Of a stretch of DNA of 64,000 bases, positions 48,386 through 56,463 are shown one piece after another. Each line of letters starts with the position of its first letter. Within the stretch, counting starts at the first letter, position 1. Both the position numbers and the translations under genes were made by a program. This DNA is from a virus. The stretch is taken from IMG/VR virus record IMGVR_UViG_3300046804_004438, positions 32,001 to 96,000 of that record; one strand, written 5' to 3'. The notes under the pieces are model-generated. The model was not told the DNA's origin. It was given only the letters and a program-made list of their open reading frames with translations, and ran no database searches.

Positions 48386-48784
48386 TTATTCACCATTATA
48401 TGTAGCGTTAATTTCTTTCTTTGCATGGCCCATAATGGCTTTCAGAGCCTTATCATGATGTGCACCTGAAATACCTTGAGCTTTCAACCCATTACTAAAA
48501 TCACTTTTAGCTCTGTTAGTTTCTGCACTTTGATCATCATCGCCTCCTACTTCTCTAGAAGTAACTGTGAATTTCTTACCACCAACATGACCATGATAGT
48601 GAAAATCGTTATCATCACCTGCTGTAAATCTTATTTCGTGATCATCACCCTTAGAAACTGGCTCTGATTCATACTTCTGTACTTTTGGTGACATTGCATG
48701 ATCTGATTTAGCGTCTTCTTTAATAACGCCTTCGTTTACTTGCTTTGAAATAAAGTTTGCATATGCTTTAATTCTATCATTCAT
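48386..48784 (-). CDS. putative internal head protein
   Basis: start MNDRIKAYANFISKQVNE at 48784, downstream of a late promoter. Confidence 0.65.
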   Translation of the reverse strand: MNDRIKAYANFISKQVNEGVIKEDAKSDHAMSPKVQKYESEPVSKGDDHEIRFTAGDDNDFHYHGHVGGKKFTVTSREVGGDDDQSAETNRAKSDFSNGLKAQGISGAHHDKALKAIMGHAKKEINATYNGE

Positions 48785-48824
48785 TGTTTTTTCCTTAGAA
48801 GTTAGATAAACTTGTCCAATGGTA

Positions 48825-48832
48825 TATTTATA
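48825..48832 (-). promoter_or_regulatory. T4-type late promoter TATAAATA
   Basis: exact match upstream of 48784. Confidence 0.7.
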
Positions 48833-49046
48833 GACCAATCATTTTAGAGCTATAAATGAACGATCCTCTAAAGTCGTTTCTAAGCCAATCTTCCAGAACC
48901 TCAAATCGAAGAGCTGAATCTTCTTCGCCAGCATTCTCAAGATCTACTCGTGCTTTCTTACAAAATTCTACTAGGGACTTATACGAAATCTTATCTGAAT
49001 CTGACAGTGCTGCCTTATGCATCTTGCCTGCTCGTTGATTGGACAT
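48828..49046 (-). CDS. hypothetical protein
   Basis: GGAGG RBS and own sigma70-like promoter. Confidence 0.65.
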   Translation of the reverse strand: MSNQRAGKMHKAALSDSDKISYKSLVEFCKKARVDLENAGEEDSALRFEVLEDWLRNDFRGSFIYSSKMIGL

Positions 49047-49107
49047 AAAAAAGCCTCCATTGCTAGTCCTATTTTATTAGTATAGCATGGAGGCTTTAAT
49101 AAGTCAA
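49047..49107 (-). promoter_or_regulatory. sigma70-like promoter overlapping an RBS-sequestering inverted repeat
   Basis: TTGACT-N17-TATACT; AAAGCCTCCAT..ATGGAGGCTTT. Confidence 0.65.
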
Positions 49108-49118
49108 CTGGCAGCTAA

Positions 49119-50042
49119 TTACTTGATTTCTGCGAGGATTTTCTTAACTTCTGCCTTCTGGGCAGCATTCAAAGGAATGTAGTCAAGTGCTTCTGCATCC
49201 TTGTCATGCGCAAGTCCAAATTCAAAGAACTTGATTGCAACTTTTGCTGCATCAACGTCTGCTGATTCCTTATACATTACGATATAAGAAGTAGCAACCA
49301 TTGGCCAAGTTGTCTGGAATGCCTTAAGACCAGGAGATACCTTCTTACCATCCTTACCAATCATATCAGCAACCTGGAGATTGTTTTGCTTAGCAAAAGC
49401 ATATTCGACGTAACCAATGGAACCATTTGTCTGGTATACGTTGTTTGATACACCATCGTTACCCTTTGCTCCAATTGCACCACCAACCCATTCAACTGTC
49501 TGACCAGTACCAAAGTTTTTCTTCCAATCAGCATTTGCTTCTGAAAGAAATTTTGTAAAGTTCCAGGTTGTTCCTGAACCATCTGCTCTACGAATTTTAA
49601 TAATTGGAAGATCGGGAAGTTTTACTCCAGGATTAACATCAGCAATTTCTTTGTCATTCCAACGTTTAATCTTTTCCATATAGATTTTTGCAAGAATATC
49701 TGTTGTTAATGTTAAATGATCAACTTCTTTAAGATTAAAGATTGGAACAATTCCACCAACAATCATTGGGAATTGTACTTGACCTTTCTTCTCAAGGTCT
49801 TCTGGCTTTACTGGAACGTCAGTAGCACCAAATGTTACGATCTTAGAATCAATTTGCTTAATACCTGCACCAGAGCCAATACCCTGATAGTTAATAGTGT
49901 TGTTTGTATCTTTCTTAAAAGAGTCGGCCCACTTTACATAAATTGGTTGTGGAAATGTAGCACCAGCTCCTGTAGCTTCACCTGCAAAGGCTGAAGTTGC
50001 AATAAACATAGATCCAATTACGGCAAGAATGTTCTTTAACAT
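49119..50042 (-). CDS. pstS: phosphate ABC transporter substrate-binding protein
   Basis: signal peptide; GAGATFP, YQGIGSGAG, FGATD, RADGSGTT, GAKGNDGV, IGYVE. Confidence 0.95.
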   Translation of the reverse strand: MLKNILAVIGSMFIATSAFAGEATGAGATFPQPIYVKWADSFKKDTNNTINYQGIGSGAGIKQIDSKIVTFGATDVPVKPEDLEKKGQVQFPMIVGGIVPIFNLKEVDHLTLTTDILAKIYMEKIKRWNDKEIADVNPGVKLPDLPIIKIRRADGSGTTWNFTKFLSEANADWKKNFGTGQTVEWVGGAIGAKGNDGVSNNVYQTNGSIGYVEYAFAKQNNLQVADMIGKDGKKVSPGLKAFQTTWPMVATSYIVMYKESADVDAAKVAIKFFEFGLAHDKDAEALDYIPLNAAQKAEVKKILAEIK

Positions 50043-50157
50043 GTTAACTCCTGGGTTATAAAAAAAACGAAGCTCGACTTTTATATCGAGTTCGTTATAT
50101 ATAAACCAATTATTAAAGTTTTATTAAAATCGCGTTACTTTTTGAGACATCAGATAT

Positions 50158-50184
50158 AAAAAAAGGGGGCATCTCTGCCCCCTT
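50158..50184 (-). terminator. intrinsic terminator after porin gene
   Basis: AAGGGGGCA-GAGA-TGCCCCCTTTTTTT on minus strand. Confidence 0.85.
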
Positions 50185-50190
50185 AATCTA

Positions 50191-50835
50191 TTAGAAATTA
50201 AGTGCATAACCTATTGTTACTGAATCAGCAGTTGAAGTATTCCACTTCTTGTCGTATGAACGAGCAACGGAAACGTTTACTGATTGATCCTTAGCAAACT
50301 TGTAAGTTAGACCTGTACCAACCTGATGTGACTCATAATCGTATGCAGCATCAAATGAGTTGCGATAGCGATAGTTGGCAGCATTGATAACAATGTTATC
50401 AGTAAGGCTATAGTCCATACCTGCACGAAGTGCATAGTAGCCATAGTTGGCACCGTTGGTGAACTTTTGACCAACGCCTGCACCAGCCTTAGCAACGAAA
50501 CCAGCAAAAACTGGAAGCTTATAGCCAGCCTGTGCTTCAATAGTCTGAGTCAATGCACCAGCATTAGCTGCTTGGTTTGTACCAGCTGCAACTCCAGCTG
50601 AGAAACCACCACCAACGTTACGTGAATATGCTACAGAATAGTTAGTAGCTGTGGACTTGCTAAAATCACCTGTGTTATAGTCGAAACCATAACCAGCTGA
50701 AATCGTATTGTCTGCAGTTGCTGCTGCAGGTGCTGCTGCAGGGGCTGCAGGAGCGGCCTTCTTTGAAGGAAGGTCTGTAGCATACGCGCCAGTTGCAAAA
50801 GCAATAGCGGCTGCAGTAATAAGTAGCTTCTTCAT
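50191..50835 (-). CDS. outer-membrane beta-barrel protein (Omp25/RopB-like N-terminus)
   Basis: signal peptide, ATDLPSKKAAPAAP linker, alternating aromatic beta strands, terminal Phe. Confidence 0.8.
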   Translation of the reverse strand: MKKLLITAAAIAFATGAYATDLPSKKAAPAAPAAAPAAATADNTISAGYGFDYNTGDFSKSTATNYSVAYSRNVGGGFSAGVAAGTNQAANAGALTQTIEAQAGYKLPVFAGFVAKAGAGVGQKFTNGANYGYYALRAGMDYSLTDNIVINAANYRYRNSFDAAYDYESHQVGTGLTYKFAKDQSVNVSVARSYDKKWNTSTADSVTIGYALNF

Positions 50836-50862
50836 TATTTACTCCTTGGTTAGAATGAAGGG

Positions 50863-51348
50863 TTAGCCTTCGAAAACAAGTTTTTGACCAGTGAGTTTTT
50901 CTTTTCTTACCCACTGAACGACTAACCCGATTGCACGACCGTGGGCTTCTATTTCCCAGGGCGTATCCCAGTAATCTACCTTTTTAGTATCTACTTGTTT
51001 ACCATTAAACTTGTAGACTTTTGGTTGATTACAAAGCTCGTAATATTCACCTTTAGCCCATTGTTTAACATGTACCAATTCATGAGCTAGACTATTTAGT
51101 AAAAGTTGAATCTTTTGATCTGGATCCATATGGATTGTAAACTCATTGGGACGGTAGTGATTGTCTTCCCAGATACAACTTGCATATGTATTGTGGTCTT
51201 GAAAAAGCTTTTTCATAAAAACAATATCAATAACCAGCTTATCTTTCCTTGATTTAGTAAAGAATTTGTCTAATACAAAATTACCAAGGCTTCTTAGCTT
51301 GGCAAGATCTTGTTTTTGTACTAGCTTTGTATTCTTAAACTTAATCAT
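50863..51348 (-). CDS. HExxH zinc metallopeptidase-like protein
   Basis: LAHELVHVKQW..YWDTPWEIEA. Confidence 0.75.
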   Translation of the reverse strand: MIKFKNTKLVQKQDLAKLRSLGNFVLDKFFTKSRKDKLVIDIVFMKKLFQDHNTYASCIWEDNHYRPNEFTIHMDPDQKIQLLLNSLAHELVHVKQWAKGEYYELCNQPKVYKFNGKQVDTKKVDYWDTPWEIEAHGRAIGLVVQWVRKEKLTGQKLVFEG

Positions 51349-51368
51349 TGTGAAACACCTTTACAATA

Positions 51369-51397
51369 ATATAGTATATATTGTTACCAAAGTCAAC
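51369..51397 (-). promoter_or_regulatory. sigma70-like promoter
   Basis: TTGACT-N17-TATATT. Confidence 0.6.
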
Positions 51398-51399
51398 TG

Positions 51400-52056
51400 T
51401 CATTTCTCTAGAAGATCTAATTCTTTTAAAGAAGGAAACATATCCATGATCTTGTACCAACAATCTATTGCAATCTCACGGTGTTCTTTCTGAGTGCCAT
51501 TAGAACATCTCAGTTGGCAATAATGGATCCAAGAACGTAAAGAGCCAGACATGTACATACGAGAAACAGTAAGACCTTCTGGAAGAACTGCTCGTGCCTG
51601 TTCCTTGGCAATTCCTTGTTCAATTGCCCATTTATAGATTTTTCGTGAGTAGTTAATTGAGTTTTGTTGAAAATGTTCCCATGTTCCTTTGATTTGTTCA
51701 TCATCAAATTCAATTGAGTTTTGTCTGTTCTTTGTATCTTGGAGACGCGCGTCACGAGTGATGAAACCAAGATCTTTCGTTGGATCTGCATAGCGTTGAG
51801 AAAACTCCTGGAATGTAAACGAACGATGTCTTAGAATCTGACGAGCAATATCACGTGTCGTTTCTATTTCCATAACAACATGAACAAGTTCAAAAGGAGA
51901 CCAGTGCTTGTTCTTTACAAGATATTTAATCAGACGACCTGATGTTTCATTATTATTCTGATTAGAAGGATTGGATACTCTTGCAACATATGCAATAAAT
52001 TCATCAATTCCTAGACCAGATGTTGGCCTGGTGACAGCAACTATATTAACACTCAT
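51400..52056 (-). CDS. thyX: FAD-dependent thymidylate synthase
   Basis: HWSPFE, RQILRHRSFTFQEFSQRY, EQARAVLP, TQKEHR. Confidence 0.96.
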   Translation of the reverse strand: MSVNIVAVTRPTSGLGIDEFIAYVARVSNPSNQNNNETSGRLIKYLVKNKHWSPFELVHVVMEIETTRDIARQILRHRSFTFQEFSQRYADPTKDLGFITRDARLQDTKNRQNSIEFDDEQIKGTWEHFQQNSINYSRKIYKWAIEQGIAKEQARAVLPEGLTVSRMYMSGSLRSWIHYCQLRCSNGTQKEHREIAIDCWYKIMDMFPSLKELDLLEK

Positions 52057-52057
52057 T

Positions 52058-52336
52058 TTAGTCCCTCAAGAATTCATATGATTTAATCATAATAGATTCT
52101 TTTACAGGGTAATAATCATTACCTTGTACACCTTGCATAATATAGTCACCATAGTATGCCTTCATCGCACCTTCCAATGTAAGAATCATTACACAAGGAG
52201 TATCATCACGATCTAGATGTGTAATGAAAGCCTTACCATCTGACCAACTTTGTAGTTCTTCGTTAGTCAACTCTGGAGTGAATTGAATTGCTTTTTGATG
52301 AAATGGTTTTTTCTTTACAACATACTCACGAATCAT
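52058..52336 (-). CDS. hypothetical protein (TLEG..GDYI family)
   Basis: AIQF..TLEGAMKAYYGDYIMQGVQGNDYYPVK. Confidence 0.65.
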   Translation of the reverse strand: MIREYVVKKKPFHQKAIQFTPELTNEELQSWSDGKAFITHLDRDDTPCVMILTLEGAMKAYYGDYIMQGVQGNDYYPVKESIMIKSYEFLRD

Positions 52337-52550
52337 ATACTAATCCTTCACTATAAATTTTATCTATAACTTGTTTGGGAGATTCTTCTACTTCCCATTG
52401 TACACCAGTATGACCACCAAATACAAATGTCTTAAACCCACCAGGAGGATTTGCTACCTCATAGATAGCTGTGATGTGATCAATATTAATGTATATTGGA
52501 TTGCCTTTATGTGCTTCATTATCATTAATAAGTTTAACAAATTTAGCCAT
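52326..52550 (-). CDS. small protein, FlbD-like
   Basis: IYINIDHI..VEESPKQVIDKI. Confidence 0.5.
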   Translation of the reverse strand: MAKFVKLINDNEAHKGNPIYINIDHITAIYEVANPPGGFKTFVFGGHTGVQWEVEESPKQVIDKIYSEGLVYDS

Positions 52551-52570
52551 AATGTAACTTTCTTATATGT

Positions 52571-52647
52571 TGGTACCCTCGACCGGATTCGAACCGGTAA
52601 CACGGAAATTTTAAGTCTCCTGACTCTGCCAGTTGGTCTACGAGGGC
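52571..52647 (-). tRNA. tRNA-Leu(TAA), short variable loop
   Basis: cloverleaf GCCCTCG..GGAGA-CTTAAAA-TTTCC..TTCGAAT..CGAGGGT-ACCA. Confidence 0.9.
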
Positions 52648-52652
52648 ATGAA

Positions 52653-52729
52653 TGGCGATCTCAACAGGACTCGAACCTGTAACCTACAGCTTAGAAGGCT
52701 GTTGCTCTATCCAGTTGAGCTATGAGACC
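52653..52729 (-). tRNA. tRNA-Arg(TCT)
   Basis: cloverleaf, ACAGC-CTTCTAA-GCTGT anticodon arm, encoded CCA. Confidence 0.95.
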
Positions 52730-52736
52730 ATATGAA

Positions 52737-53030
52737 TTAGTATATATTCACATCTAACTTGTCACGAAAGTATTTCTTAAGTTCTTTCTGAAAAAACTCT
52801 GGTGATGTTGTCATATAAGTTTTGTAGAGACCATGTACGTCATCGTTACGATCATGTAACTTACCATATACTGTATAACCTCTTTCTTGAACTTTTTCAA
52901 TAAGATCTTCATCTCGATCACCAGGTTCATAAACCGTGAATCCACGAAATCTCAATTCATCCACAAGTTGATCGTCATCAAAATCGTCTAGATCAATATC
53001 AACGTCTACTTCTGTTGTGATTGTAGGCAT
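52737..53030 (-). CDS. hypothetical protein
   Basis: EVDVDIDLDDFDDDQLVDEL..RG, internally duplicated RG(F/Y)TVY. Confidence 0.65.
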   Translation of the reverse strand: MPTITTEVDVDIDLDDFDDDQLVDELRFRGFTVYEPGDRDEDLIEKVQERGYTVYGKLHDRNDDVHGLYKTYMTTSPEFFQKELKKYFRDKLDVNIY

Positions 53031-53031
53031 A

Positions 53032-53190
53032 TTACTTGTACCTTTTAGTTATTTCATCAACTCTAATCTTAAGATACTCTATAATGAAATCTTTTGCAAC
53101 TGAATTCTCAAAATATATTTTGGCATAGTTTATTTCATCAATAAATGCTGCCTTTTTAAGTTGATCGACAGAATAGTTATAAGGCAGTTC
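53032..53190 (-). CDS. hypothetical protein, start uncertain
   Basis: 3' part of track ORF 53032-53358 fills the gap; the 5' part overlaps another gene. Confidence 0.4.
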   Translation of the reverse strand, partial: ELPYNYSVDQLKKAAFIDEINYAKIYFENSVAKDFIIEYLKIRVDEITKRYK

Positions 53191-53932
53191 AGTCCCAAAG
53201 TGCTTCAAAGTATTTGCCGAAAAGCTTGAATCCGTTTCGTTTTCTTGCATTCCATTTCTCCCAGCCTTCTTTGTCAAATACATGAGTGTCATTTGGACCT
53301 GTGACCATCTGCCAAAGGAATTTGCCTTTTTCTTCACTAGGAAGAGGATCACGTTCACCTAATGGTTTTGGTTCACCTACAGGATTGTATTCTTGATCTA
53401 CTTTTTGCCAATGTATATCATGTTTACCTGAATGAAATTGATCTTCTGCATTATCATCTAATTTCTGTTCGAATGCCCAGATCATTTCATCAAGCACCCA
53501 ATCCCATCTCTTATGATGATTATCATCTATATCATAATCATGTTTTGGTTTAGGTGCAGAAGTAGATTTAAGTTCTTCTGGAACATCTTCATCATCTACA
53601 TTTGGAGATCCATGCTTAGTATCTCTCAACTGTTTAAGAAGAGGAAGAGTTATAATAGAAATCGTATGATCTGCACTCCATGTATCATAACGGTGCAACT
53701 TAATTACTTCTTTACGTTTCTTTTTGCTATCAATCCAGTTACAAAATTTATTAACCCAGGTAGAAGCTAGCCAATCACCTAGTCTATCTTTGAGTTTATA
53801 ATCCCATCGCTCCTCGATAGTCTCATCAAGAGGATATTTTTCTTGCCAGAAGAACAACATATCAAGAAGCTGATATGGTCCTATCCAGTTTTTGTATGGT
53901 CCAATATAAACTTTCATTAGAACACCATCCAT
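53189..53932 (-). CDS. conserved phage hypothetical protein
   Basis: MKVYIGPY..DTWSADHT..WDWVLDEMIWAF..GFKLFGKYFEALWD. Confidence 0.75.
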   Translation of the reverse strand: MDGVLMKVYIGPYKNWIGPYQLLDMLFFWQEKYPLDETIEERWDYKLKDRLGDWLASTWVNKFCNWIDSKKKRKEVIKLHRYDTWSADHTISIITLPLLKQLRDTKHGSPNVDDEDVPEELKSTSAPKPKHDYDIDDNHHKRWDWVLDEMIWAFEQKLDDNAEDQFHSGKHDIHWQKVDQEYNPVGEPKPLGERDPLPSEEKGKFLWQMVTGPNDTHVFDKEGWEKWNARKRNGFKLFGKYFEALWD

Positions 53933-54723
53933 CCATTCTTTTCATCTATCTCATACTTATCGACAGCAGAATCTTTGATTCCTTTCAGAAAACCATCAGG
54001 AGGAATCATATTGTATCTAGCAGTCTTTTGATCTGGTTGTGTATGAGATATTTTGTTTTCCACAGGAACTATTACAGGAGCAGGATCTACAACATACAGT
54101 GGGAATCTAAATCCATTTTGAATTCCCATCATGTGATCGATAGAAACACCTAGAGGAAAATATCCTCTATTACCATCCCATGTATCTAATGCATGCAGAC
54201 AATGCTTTGCAGTGTTGGGTGTAATAGCATAAGCATGAGTACCTTCAAACTTATTCAATTGCACTTTAGTAAAAGGCTCATCAATACATTCATAATCATC
54301 TCTGTCGTCAACTCTAAATCCTAAAAATGTCCATTGAAAATCTTCAACTTCTATATCAAGAAAATTACGTTTTACAATCGCATCGTGTTCAAATACTGCT
54401 ACTGCACCCTGATGTTCATTGGCAACTTTTTGCCATATTGAAAGGTGACCGGTAAGACAAAGTTGTTCTTTGAACCAAATGTTAAGAACTTTATGTTCTT
54501 GTGGATTAGGATGGTTAGGATTAATAACTTCATTACCATCTACACGTGGATCAACTCTGAATCCCCATTTGTCTTTGATAGCCTGTGTTGTTGTTGGAAG
54601 TTTCATCCCAAGATGAGGTGTGACTGGGATACCATACTTCTCACATGATGCCTTGCATTCCTCCATATACTTAACAGCATCTGGAGTATCAATGTAAAGA
54701 ATATATGCATGCTCAATTTTCAT
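53917..54723 (-). CDS. glycosyltransferase family 25-like
   Basis: CLTGHLSIWQK..VFEHDA..GTHAYAITP; start MKIEH (track start lies inside a tRNA). Confidence 0.7.
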   Translation of the reverse strand: MKIEHAYILYIDTPDAVKYMEECKASCEKYGIPVTPHLGMKLPTTTQAIKDKWGFRVDPRVDGNEVINPNHPNPQEHKVLNIWFKEQLCLTGHLSIWQKVANEHQGAVAVFEHDAIVKRNFLDIEVEDFQWTFLGFRVDDRDDYECIDEPFTKVQLNKFEGTHAYAITPNTAKHCLHALDTWDGNRGYFPLGVSIDHMMGIQNGFRFPLYVVDPAPVIVPVENKISHTQPDQKTARYNMIPPDGFLKGIKDSAVDKYEIDEKNGWMVF

Positions 54724-54741
54724 ATCACACCTATTATAAAA

Positions 54742-54816
54742 TGGTTGCGGGGGATGGATTCGCACCACCGACCTTCGGATTATGAGTCCGACGCTCTTCT
54801 ACTGCGCTACCCCGCG
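54742..54816 (-). tRNA. tRNA-Met(CAT), initiator-like
   Basis: CGCGGGG..CCCCGCA-ACCA with C1:A72 mismatch; TCGGA-CTCATAA-TCCGA. Confidence 0.9.
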
Positions 54817-55014
54817 TCACTGTTTTCTATGAGATCTCTTATACCATTTACACCAGCCATCAGGATCAATGTTACCTGCAACTGCTGTACATTTATTAGG
54901 AGCTCTCCACATAGTACAATTCTCACAAACCTGTCCATTGTGAGGATGAGCTTGATAACCAGCTTCTTGCTTTGAAGATTTATCTTCGTTAAGAAACTCG
55001 TTAAAACTTTTCAT
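54817..55014 (-). CDS. high-potential iron-sulfur protein (HiPIP)-like with capsid-targeting-like N-terminus
   Basis: YQ..P..GQVCENC..C.AV.G.I...GWCKWY four-Cys HiPIP pattern; MKSFNEFLNE leader. Confidence 0.8.
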   Translation of the reverse strand: MKSFNEFLNEDKSSKQEAGYQAHPHNGQVCENCTMWRAPNKCTAVAGNIDPDGWCKWYKRSHRKQ

Positions 55015-55409
55015 TATGCATCTCTCGAAATATAATGCATACGAACTTTCTCAGGCTTAAAATACTTATCTACCGTTTCAATTACTGTATCATTATTGAA
55101 TGGCTTACATGAAAACACATCAATATAGAAGTTACCATTTGCTTCTACAAAATGACCTGTAATATTTGATGTCTCAATCATCTGACAAAATGATATACCA
55201 GACTTAGAAAGATCATGAGTAGCAAAACGTTCAATCCATGGCTCACCAAATGCAACCATGTCAATAGCAACTACAAGCTCCTTAATGAACTTATATACAT
55301 TTTCTTTTGAACTAATTAGTCCAACATCACCACTTGTACAATCAAGTAAAAGATGATAGCCCCATGTATCTTTCATTCTAGTTTCCTTTTCAGGGTAAAT
55401 GTAAAACAT
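55014..55409 (-). CDS. speD: S-adenosylmethionine decarboxylase proenzyme-like
   Basis: WGYHLLLDC..IETSNITGHF..YIDVFSCKPF. Confidence 0.8.
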   Translation of the reverse strand: MFYIYPEKETRMKDTWGYHLLLDCTSGDVGLISSKENVYKFIKELVVAIDMVAFGEPWIERFATHDLSKSGISFCQMIETSNITGHFVEANGNFYIDVFSCKPFNNDTVIETVDKYFKPEKVRMHYISRDA

Positions 55410-55415
55410 TATTTA

Positions 55416-55934
55416 TTATCCAAATTTCTTAATAGGTCTTCTGATCTCTACTACGAGGTCGACAGGATATGCAGTAATGTTTACAGATTTGTCCTGATTG
55501 CCACCCAACAACTGAATATACTTTACTCCATTTTCAGTATAATAGCTATGAAAAAATGCAACATGCCTTCCACTTCCACCAGTTCTTTTTACCAAAACAA
55601 TATCACCTGGTTGTGGCTGATTTACTTTCATTCCATAGTTATGATAACTGGCAGCGGAAAGATTGTCGGTAGAATAATAACCAGCTTTTTCTAAAACAAA
55701 ATTAATAAACCCTGCACACCAAGGTACTTGCACAGGGTCTACATCCAAGAGCTGTTTTAACTCTTTTCTATTTTTATTAGCATTGTAGCCATCATAATCC
55801 ATGGCTATCTTCATTATATCTCCTCCCTTTGATCCTTGAAACATACCATTAAAGTCAACAGACATAGTAAGCTCAAAGGCAACTACCTTGAAAGGAAACA
55901 GACATAGAAGAGCAATTGCTAATATTTTTTTCAT
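55416..55934 (-). CDS. secreted CHAP/NlpC-like cell-wall hydrolase (TIGR02594-like)
   Basis: signal peptide; PWCAGF..GDIV..HVAF..LGGNQ. Confidence 0.8.
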   Translation of the reverse strand: MKKILAIALLCLFPFKVVAFELTMSVDFNGMFQGSKGGDIMKIAMDYDGYNANKNRKELKQLLDVDPVQVPWCAGFINFVLEKAGYYSTDNLSAASYHNYGMKVNQPQPGDIVLVKRTGGSGRHVAFFHSYYTENGVKYIQLLGGNQDKSVNITAYPVDLVVEIRRPIKKFG

Positions 55935-56380
55935 TGTAGATGGGTAAGCATTTTTCTGCAGTATGCGGTCTTGTTTGATCTAGGGATCTGACCACTGCTA
56001 TAAAACGATGCTGCTTTGCAGATATCGTTGTTGGTTCTATCTAAAGCATAACGAAGATATGCCATGCTATACTCTAAGTTTACTTCAGGCTTATAAAGTT
56101 CAGTACACTTACCCACAAACCCCTCCGTCTTCGCAGTCTTGCAACGAATCTGGCCTAGACCAATCTCTCCAAGCTTGCCTGTGACAGTGGGATCATAATT
56201 AGATTCCAGACTAACAATAGCATGCGCCAAGTCGTTTGGAACTTTATGTCTTTCTGCGATTATATCTACTAGTAATTTTATATCTTGTATATTGTACGAT
56301 GTATTTTTCGGTTTATCAACGGCGTATGATGCAGAAGACATACTAACCCCTATAACGAGGGCTAATAGTACTTTCTTCAT
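55931..56380 (-). CDS. secreted lytic transglycosylase (SLT domain)
   Basis: start MKKVLLAL signal peptide; AIVSLESNY..GEIGLGQI..NLEYSMAYL. Confidence 0.85.
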   Translation of the reverse strand: MKKVLLALVIGVSMSSASYAVDKPKNTSYNIQDIKLLVDIIAERHKVPNDLAHAIVSLESNYDPTVTGKLGEIGLGQIRCKTAKTEGFVGKCTELYKPEVNLEYSMAYLRYALDRTNNDICKAASFYSSGQIPRSNKTAYCRKMLTHLQ

Positions 56381-56463
56381 TTTTCTTCCTTGGGTTGACA
56401 TTAGGATACTCTCCCAATGCTTCTTGTGCCGGAAGGGCACAATAGAATATTTATTCTATTTGA

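Noticed and set aside
52371-52682. 103-aa plus-strand ORF (similarly 54709-54975)
   Set aside because: Antisense to tRNA genes
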